From the NCBI GenBank assembly GCA_902555435.1, contig CACDRL010000001.1, forward strand, positions 3,758-67,757: a DNA stretch of 64,000 nucleotides, read 5' to 3'. Both the position numbers and the translations under genes were made by a program. Below are positions 58,082 to 64,000 of this stretch, piece by piece. Each line of letters begins with the position of its first letter. The stretch's first letter is position 1. This DNA is from an uncultured Pelagibacteraceae bacterium. Its GTDB lineage: Bacteria > Pseudomonadota > Alphaproteobacteria > Pelagibacterales > Pelagibacteraceae. The notes under the pieces were generated by a model that was given only the letters and a program-made list of their open reading frames with translations, was not told the origin of the DNA and ran no database searches.

Positions 58082-59260
58082 TCATTTCATTATATTGTTT
58101 ACAACCCATTTGTGGAAATGATGGGTGGGATTATCCATCACAGGTGAAAAATTTCCCCCATTATAAGATGGTGACTTTCTGCCATCCTGCATTCCCTCAA
58201 TTATATTTAAATCTTCACTTTGAACTCCTTTCCAAAGTTCAAAGTTTTGTTTTCTAAGTGATTTAAATTTTTTCGAATTTGCTGCTTCATTGCCAACATA
58301 ATAAATTTCCATATGTTCTTTTGTATATTCATTATTTACTGGTTCTAGCCAGTAGGCGTAAAAATGATCTTTATGAATCCCAAGCATTACATTTGGGAAA
58401 AGAGCAACGTATTCTGCAATATGTTCTTGATCTTTTGGCCAGTTTGGGAAAGTTGGAAATTTTAAACTACTTTTAAACCTTGGATTATAAACCATAGTAC
58501 CTTGCCCAGCAAAACGATTAGGTAATCCTTGAATATGATAATGATCATCAATTTTTGAGTAAGAGTTTAATCCAGGATGAACCCACGGAAGATGATAACT
58601 TTCACAATAATTTTCTATTGCAAATTTCCAATTACATTTAGCATTTAAATTAAAATAACCATAATCGTTTGAATAAACAATTAAGTCTCTATCTTTTATT
58701 GGCCAGAATTTTTTCCATCTATCACTAAGAGGTTTAATATATTTTTCGAAATTGATTTCATTTTTGTTTAAATTTACAAAAATTAAATCTAACCAAACAT
58801 AAGATCTAACTTCCTTAAGACCGCTTTGTGCTTTGCTAAATTTATTACAATTATGTTTATTCATTCCACCAATATGAGGTGTGGCTATTAACTTGCCGCT
58901 CATGTCATATGACCAAGAATGATACGGGCATCTAATAACATTCTTAATTTTACATTTTTCTTGAAGAATCTTAAATCCTCGATGACTACAAACATTATGA
59001 AAAACTTTAATTTTATTATTTTTATCTCGTAAAATAATTAATGGAATTCCTAACAGATCAAATGGTTTCGCGTCTCCAATATTCGGTAAGGAACTGCCAA
59101 CACCAATTACTACCCATTTATTTTGAAAAATTTTTTTTCTCTCAATGGATAAATAATCTAAATCAGTATAGCACTCATTTGGTAAGCCGTGAGCTTTATG
59201 AATATTTTTATTTACTACTTTTAATTTTTTTAAATCGAGTATTTGAGATAACTTTTTCAT
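58082..59260 (-). CDS. Rieske non-heme iron oxygenase alpha subunit (choline monooxygenase/GbcA/CntA-like)
   Basis: CSH...CPYH Rieske site; ENYCESYH..WVH and EDL mononuclear Fe site. Confidence 0.9.
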   Translation of the reverse strand: MKKLSQILDLKKLKVVNKNIHKAHGLPNECYTDLDYLSIERKKIFQNKWVVIGVGSSLPNIGDAKPFDLLGIPLIILRDKNNKIKVFHNVCSHRGFKILQEKCKIKNVIRCPYHSWSYDMSGKLIATPHIGGMNKHNCNKFSKAQSGLKEVRSYVWLDLIFVNLNKNEINFEKYIKPLSDRWKKFWPIKDRDLIVYSNDYGYFNLNAKCNWKFAIENYCESYHLPWVHPGLNSYSKIDDHYHIQGLPNRFAGQGTMVYNPRFKSSLKFPTFPNWPKDQEHIAEYVALFPNVMLGIHKDHFYAYWLEPVNNEYTKEHMEIYYVGNEAANSKKFKSLRKQNFELWKGVQSEDLNIIEGMQDGRKSPSYNGGNFSPVMDNPTHHFHKWVVNNIMK

Positions 59261-59536
59261 TTCAACTTTTATTAAACCTCCTTGTTTAAGTTGGAATTAA
59301 TTAAAGCTAAATTTTTATGACTCTCTTATAATGATTTGTTGAAATACAGTCTTACAGTTTAAGATATAAACAAATTCTTTGAAAAAAAAATTTGCAGAAA
59401 ATTTCATCTAAAAACTTTATCCTTTTATAAATCTTATTTAAAGACAATTTGACTTCAACTAATGGTTGAAAGATATTTGCAATCTTTTCATTGATATGTT
59501 CTAGTGTCTAATCGAAAATTAAATAACGGAGATATA

Positions 59537-60547
59537 ATGAAAAAATTAAAAACAATTCTATTTTCCGCCCTTTTAGCATTTGGTATGACTTCTTTTGCAA
59601 ATGCTTGTGGAAAATTAGTTATCGCCGAACAAAACTGGGCATCTGCCGAGTTAATGGCAAACGTTGATAAAATCATTCTCGAAGAAGGATATGGATGTGA
59701 TGTGGAATTAGTACCCGGTGCTACTATGCCTACATTTACCTCAATGAATGATAAAGGAACTCCTGACATGAACCCTGAGCAATGGGCAAATGCAGTTTAC
59801 ACTCCTTTGAAAAAAGCGGTAAGTGAAAAAAGATTAATTATTGCAAATAAAGCTCCAATTACAGGTCTAGGAGAGGGTTGGTGGTTAAATCCAGCAGCTT
59901 TAGAAAAACATCCAGAACTTAAAGGAATGACAGCTGTTCAAATTTTAGAGCGTCCAGATTTATTTCCTGATAAAGAAGACCCGTCAAAAGGTGCTTTCAT
60001 GGGATGTCCAGCAGGTTGGGGATGTCAATTAGCTAATGCCAATTTATATAGAGCATTTGGAATGGAAAAAAAGGGTTGGAAACTTATTGATCCAGGTTCA
60101 GCTGCGGGTTTAGATGGTTCAATTGCTAAAGCATCAGACTCTGGCGAGCCATGGTTTGGATATTATTGGAATCCTACATCAATGGTTGGAAAATATAATT
60201 TACAGCCAGTAGATTTTGGTGTTCCTTTTGCAGGGAGAGATAATTGGGATAATTGTATTACTCTTGCAGAACAAGATTGTGCAGATCCAAAACCAACTGC
60301 ATGGACAAAATCTGAGGTTAACTCAATTGTAAGTGCTAACTTTGCTAAAACTGGTGGAAAAGATGTTTTAAAATATGTTGAAAGTAGAACTTTTCCAGGC
60401 CCAGTAATGAATGGAATGTTAGTTTATATGGCTGACAACCAAGCAAAAGGTTCTGATGCTGCGGTTGAGTTTTTAATTAAGCATGAAGATATTTGGACTA
60501 AGTGGGTATCTTCTAGTGCTGCAAAAAAAATCAAAAAAAGTTTATAA
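59537..60547 (+). CDS. proX: Glycine betaine/proline ABC transporter substrate-binding protein
   Basis: Signal peptide, NWASAE, GCPAGWGC, DPGS.A.LD, YYW.PT; start moved to ATG 59537 behind GGAG. Confidence 0.85.
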   Translation: MKKLKTILFSALLAFGMTSFANACGKLVIAEQNWASAELMANVDKIILEEGYGCDVELVPGATMPTFTSMNDKGTPDMNPEQWANAVYTPLKKAVSEKRLIIANKAPITGLGEGWWLNPAALEKHPELKGMTAVQILERPDLFPDKEDPSKGAFMGCPAGWGCQLANANLYRAFGMEKKGWKLIDPGSAAGLDGSIAKASDSGEPWFGYYWNPTSMVGKYNLQPVDFGVPFAGRDNWDNCITLAEQDCADPKPTAWTKSEVNSIVSANFAKTGGKDVLKYVESRTFPGPVMNGMLVYMADNQAKGSDAAVEFLIKHEDIWTKWVSSSAAKKIKKSL

Positions 60548-60558
60548 TTAACTTTTAA

Positions 60559-60587
60559 TTACGAGCCTATTTAATATAGGCTCGTAA
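60559..60587 (+). terminator. Intercistronic stem-loop after proX
   Basis: TTACGAGCCTAT-TTAAT-ATAGGCTCGTAA 12-bp inverted repeat. Confidence 0.7.
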
Positions 60588-60600
60588 AAATTTTATATTT

Positions 60601-61485
60601 ATGGAATTTTTTACTGAATTTCCAGAAATGGGAAGAAGATCCCAAATGGAGCTAAGAAAAGGTATAGATTTAGCTTTTAGAAATTTTTCAAGAGAATATG
60701 GAGATAATATAGAAGCATTTTTTGATCCATTATTATTTTTTTTAGTATCATTGGAAAAATTACTCTTATCCACACCATGGATAATAATTATTGGAACAAT
60801 TTGTGGATTAGCCTGGTTAGGTTCAAAAAGTTGGAAACTAGTTATAGGAAGTGCAATAGCTTTTTTATTAATTGGTTATTTTGGAATGTGGGAAGATTGT
60901 ATGGCAACAGTTGCAATTATTACTGTATGTACAATCATTTGTATTGTTGTTGGTATTCCAATAGGAATTGTAATGGCTAGATCAGCTAGAGCTGAAAAGG
61001 CAATACTTCCTGTATTAGATATGATGCAAACAATTCCTAGTTTTGTTTATTTGATTCCTATTTTGATGTTGTTGGGAATTGGAAAAGTTCCTGGCTTAAT
61101 TGCTGTTTGTGTCTACGCAGTTCCTCCAATTATTAGGTTAACTAATCTAGGAATTAGAGAGGTAGACAAAGAAACTTTAGAGGCTAGTGAAGCTTTTGGA
61201 GCAACTACAACTCAAAAATTAAAATCTGTTCAGATTCCACTTGCTTTACCGACTGTTTTTGCAGGCGTAAATCAAACAATAATGATGGCTCTAGCAATGG
61301 TAGTTATTGCTTCTATGATAGGTGTTAAAGGACTTGGTGTACCAATATTAAGGGCTGTTTCTAACCAATATTTAGCTCTTGGAATGATGAATGGATTAGC
61401 AATAGTGGCTCTCGCAATTGTCTTTGATAGGGTCACTCAAGAGTATGGAAGAAGAATCCAGAAGCATAGAGGTCAGATAAAATAG
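60601..61485 (+). CDS. proW: Glycine betaine/proline ABC transporter permease
   Basis: P.LD.MQT.PSFVYLIP, PP..RLT.LG, EA..AFG, AG.NQT.MMAL.MVV.ASMIG. Confidence 0.93.
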   Translation: MEFFTEFPEMGRRSQMELRKGIDLAFRNFSREYGDNIEAFFDPLLFFLVSLEKLLLSTPWIIIIGTICGLAWLGSKSWKLVIGSAIAFLLIGYFGMWEDCMATVAIITVCTIICIVVGIPIGIVMARSARAEKAILPVLDMMQTIPSFVYLIPILMLLGIGKVPGLIAVCVYAVPPIIRLTNLGIREVDKETLEASEAFGATTTQKLKSVQIPLALPTVFAGVNQTIMMALAMVVIASMIGVKGLGVPILRAVSNQYLALGMMNGLAIVALAIVFDRVTQEYGRRIQKHRGQIK

Positions 61486-61547
61486 TTGATACTTTGCTAC
61501 ATCGAATTTTCTAGACTCATATTTTAAAATAAATAAAGATCTCCTCT

Positions 61548-62276
61548 ATGAATTTTTCATTGGAAATAGGACCTAAAACAGAAATTGATACTGTTCCAGC
61601 ATTATCCGACATTTATATTACAATGCTACCTGGAGGTGATTACAAGGAAACAGCTGACAAGGCCGTAGAGCTTGTAAAAAAAGGTTTTAATCCTGTACCA
61701 CATTTTCCTGCTAGATCAATGCATGATGAAAAGGAACTTAAAGATTATGTTTCACGGTGCAAAGATGGAGGAGTTAAACAAGCTTTAATTATAGGAGGAG
61801 GTAGAGAGCCTCTTGGAAAATTTGATAGTTCGTTTCAACTTTTAGAAACAGGTTATTTTGAAAAAATGAGAATAGGAATAGCTGGACATCCAGAAGGGAG
61901 TCCTGATATATCCGACACAGAATTAGAAAAAGCAATGATAGATAAAAAGCCTTACGCTGATTATATAGTAACTCAATGGTTGCTTGATCCTCAGCCTATT
62001 ATTGATTTTATTTCTAAACAAAGCGTGCCAGTGCATGTTGGAATCACTGGGCCCTTAAAAATATCTAGCTTAATTAAATTTGCTAATATTGTTGGGGCAA
62101 AAAATTCCTTAAACTTTCTTAAATCTAATTTTAGTAAGGCGTTAGATTTATTGAAACCTAAAGACCCTAATGATTTAATTGGGAAAGTTAAATCGCACAC
62201 TGATAACTTCCACATTTATACATTCGGCGGCTTGAAGGAAACTAACAAGTGGTTGAGGGAGAATAGTTATGTCTAA
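61548..62276 (+). CDS. metF: Methylenetetrahydrofolate reductase family protein (short form)
   Basis: PVPHFPAR, GIAGHPEG, YIVTQW, HIYTFGG. Confidence 0.75.
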   Translation: MNFSLEIGPKTEIDTVPALSDIYITMLPGGDYKETADKAVELVKKGFNPVPHFPARSMHDEKELKDYVSRCKDGGVKQALIIGGGREPLGKFDSSFQLLETGYFEKMRIGIAGHPEGSPDISDTELEKAMIDKKPYADYIVTQWLLDPQPIIDFISKQSVPVHVGITGPLKISSLIKFANIVGAKNSLNFLKSNFSKALDLLKPKDPNDLIGKVKSHTDNFHIYTFGGLKETNKWLRENSYV

Positions 62277-63627
62277 TGAATTTGACTATACTAAATTAAA
62301 ACATGTTACTTCTGTTGATCAGTCAGATAGAGAAGTACCATACAATTTAAGACAAAGTGGGCCAACAAAAGTTGAAATGTTAATTTCAACAAGGGTAAGA
62401 AAATCACCTTATTGGCATTTATCAATGCAGGCAGGTTGTTGGAGAGCAACTGTATACAATCGTATTTATCACCCAAGAGGTTACGTAAAACCTGAAGATG
62501 GTGGAGCTATGGTTGAATACGATGCTATAGTAAACCATGTAACAATGTGGAACGTTGCTGTTGAAAGACAAATAAGAGTTAAGGGTCCAGATGCAGAAAA
62601 ATTTACTGACTATGTAATTACAAGAGATGCAACTAAAATTTCACCAATGAGAGCAAGATATGTAATTCTATGTAATGCATACGGTGGAGTTTTAAATGAT
62701 CCAATCCTTTTAAGAATATCTGAAGATGAATTTTGGTTTTCGTTATCAGACTCTGATATTGGAATGTATCTTCAAGGTGTAAATGCAGATGGCAGATTTG
62801 ATTGTACAATTGAAGAAATTGATGTGAGTCCAGTTCAAATTCAAGGCCCTAAATCAAAAGCATTGATGAAAGATTTATGTGGAGATCAAGTAGATTTTGA
62901 CAACATGCCTTTCTATGGATTAGCTGAAGCTAAAATTGGCGGAAGAGATGTTGTAATTTCACAATCTGGTTTCTCAGGAGAAGCTGGTTATGAAATTTAT
63001 CTAAGAAACTCTACTTTATATGCTGAAGATATGTGGAATGCTGTACTTGAAGCTGGGAAAAAACACAGCTTAATGGTTATTGCTCCTGCTCACCATAGAA
63101 GAATTCAAGCGGGTATTCTTTCATGGGGACAGGACATGGATCAACAACACAATCCATTCCAATGTAATTTAGGTTATCAAGTTTCTTTATCTGGTAAAGG
63201 AGAATGGAACAAAACTGCTGATTATGTTGGTAAGGCTGCACTAGAAAAAATGAAAGATGAATTAAAAGCAGGAAAAAAACCTTACAAACTTCAATTAGTT
63301 GGTATGGAATTAGGTGGTAAACCTATTGATAATTATGCGCCTGACTTTTGGTTAGTTTCTCCTGAAAGTGGTGGAGATCCAGTAGGATTTTTAACATCAC
63401 CTTGGTGGCATCCTGAAAAGAAAACAAACATTGCAATGGGATATGTTCCTTTTGATGGAACATTAAATTCAAATGGTTTTCCAAAAGGAAAAGTAGGAAC
63501 TAAATTTAAAGTTCATCTACCTGCAGAATATTCAGATACACCAGGAACACCTGTTGATGCTGTAGTGGTGGATATTCCATTCAAAGAGTCTTTTAACGCA
63601 AACACAAGAGAAGTTGTAAAAGGCTAA
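62269..63627 (+). CDS. GcvT/DmdA-family THF-dependent aminomethyltransferase
   Basis: R.SPYW, GPDA, NDP.LL, QIQGP, SGFSGE.GYEI, RRIQAG; overlaps the metF stop. Confidence 0.88.
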   Translation: MSNEFDYTKLKHVTSVDQSDREVPYNLRQSGPTKVEMLISTRVRKSPYWHLSMQAGCWRATVYNRIYHPRGYVKPEDGGAMVEYDAIVNHVTMWNVAVERQIRVKGPDAEKFTDYVITRDATKISPMRARYVILCNAYGGVLNDPILLRISEDEFWFSLSDSDIGMYLQGVNADGRFDCTIEEIDVSPVQIQGPKSKALMKDLCGDQVDFDNMPFYGLAEAKIGGRDVVISQSGFSGEAGYEIYLRNSTLYAEDMWNAVLEAGKKHSLMVIAPAHHRRIQAGILSWGQDMDQQHNPFQCNLGYQVSLSGKGEWNKTADYVGKAALEKMKDELKAGKKPYKLQLVGMELGGKPIDNYAPDFWLVSPESGGDPVGFLTSPWWHPEKKTNIAMGYVPFDGTLNSNGFPKGKVGTKFKVHLPAEYSDTPGTPVDAVVVDIPFKESFNANTREVVKG

Positions 63628-63636
63628 ATCTATTTA

Positions 63637-63659
63637 GGGGGAGTTATTAAAACTCCCCC
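63637..63659. terminator. GC-rich stem-loop after the GcvT-like gene
   Basis: GGGGGAGTT-ATTAA-AACTCCCCC 9-bp stem; no clear U-tract. Confidence 0.6.
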
Positions 63660-63667
63660 GAAATTCA

Positions 63668-63778
63668 ATGACAAAAGGGTTTTTAATAGCAGTTTGCATT
63701 ATTATTACGATTGCTTTAATAGTATTTCCATTAATTGTTTCATATAAAGCTCAAAAAAATAAAAGAGATAAAAATTAA
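63668..63778 (+). CDS. Small single-TM protein (36 aa)
   Basis: Not in the ORF track: MTKGFLIAVCIIITIALIVFPLIVSYKAQKNKRDKN; stop overlaps the next ATG (TAATG). Confidence 0.55.
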   Translation: MTKGFLIAVCIIITIALIVFPLIVSYKAQKNKRDKN

Positions 63779-64000
63779 TGTTTGGTGAATTTTTAAATAT
63801 AGTTTTCAAATCAATAAAATTAGATAAGACACTTTATTCTGATAACAGAAATTTTGGTGAAGCTTCAATATATTTTGCAGGCTTAATAATGATTTTAGAT
63901 GGAGTTGCTGGTGCAGTAGCAGCTAACACTATAATTAAAACTGCAATAGGAATGTCAGGTCTAACAGCAATAGTTACTTGGTTAATATGGGCTATCTTTA
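63778..64000 (+). CDS. Membrane protein, possibly YIP1-like (5' part only, runs off the right edge)
   Basis: Open frame MFGEFLNIVFKSIKLDKTLY...ASIYFAGLIMIL...WLIWAIL to the window end. Confidence 0.6.
   Translation, partial: MFGEFLNIVFKSIKLDKTLYSDNRNFGEASIYFAGLIMILDGVAGAVAANTIIKTAIGMSGLTAIVTWLIWAIF

Noticed and set aside
59261-59400. Possible SAM-II/SAM-V riboswitch upstream of the Rieske-bhmT unit (fragments ACTGTATTTCAA and ATAAAAATTTAGCT on the minus strand)
   Set aside because: The pairing partner for the pseudoknot and a P1 stem are missing; bhmT itself has only an 11-bp leader. An Infernal search would settle it
2677-59536. Longest-ORF starts at 2677, 5609, 21984, 24835 and 59504
   Set aside because: Downstream ATGs fit SD position and family N-termini better
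89-62215. Short ORFs in the track that lie antisense to or inside long genes (e.g. 89-316, 1808-2032, 13032-13370, 34626-34967, 44960-45220, 59488-59769)
   Set aside because: Fully overlapped by well-supported genes, with no motifs or SD; shadow frames
61486-62268. Glycine riboswitch ahead of the GcvT-like gene
   Set aside because: No room (the gene overlaps metF) and no aptamer motifs in the 62-bp gap
1-64000. tRNA, rRNA, CRISPR, integrase, transposase or prophage
   Set aside because: No cloverleaf, regularly spaced repeats or mobile-element proteins seen on reading either strand

Overview
AT-rich, very densely packed alphaproteobacterial chromosome segment. Gene content and near-absent intergenic spacers fit a SAR11 (Candidatus Pelagibacter-like) genome; this is inferred from gene content, not from a marker gene. 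I found no rRNA, tRNA, CRISPR array or mobile element. Main blocks: (1) 1-2.2 kb, luciferase-like monooxygenase + alpha/beta hydrolase + betaine-type binding protein, resembling N-methylpyridinium betaine catabolism; (2) cysE-cysK, a run of tiny uncharacterised proteins and two SMR transporters that both lack the canonical Glu14; (3) 14.4-28.1 kb, a non-phosphorylative sugar-acid cluster (TRAP, lactonase, three unrelated dehydratase-family enzymes, SDR and FAH hydrolase) that could yield pyruvate + glycolate; (4) cytochromes, azlCD, and an Fe(III) ABC operon with Fur-type boxes, an internal Cys-motif microprotein and a long hairpin whose loop complements the ribosome-binding regions; (5) 40-63.6 kb, a methylated-osmolyte/C1 region (ETF trio, two dimethylglycine/sarcosine dehydrogenase paralogs, BHMT, Rieske oxygenase, DddP-like protein, ProXW, MetF, GcvT-like). 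Block 5 also holds an unexplained CysC-like kinase + HIGH nucleotidyltransferase + BesD-like dioxygenase module. Family assignments come from motifs and remembered sequences; no database search was run.
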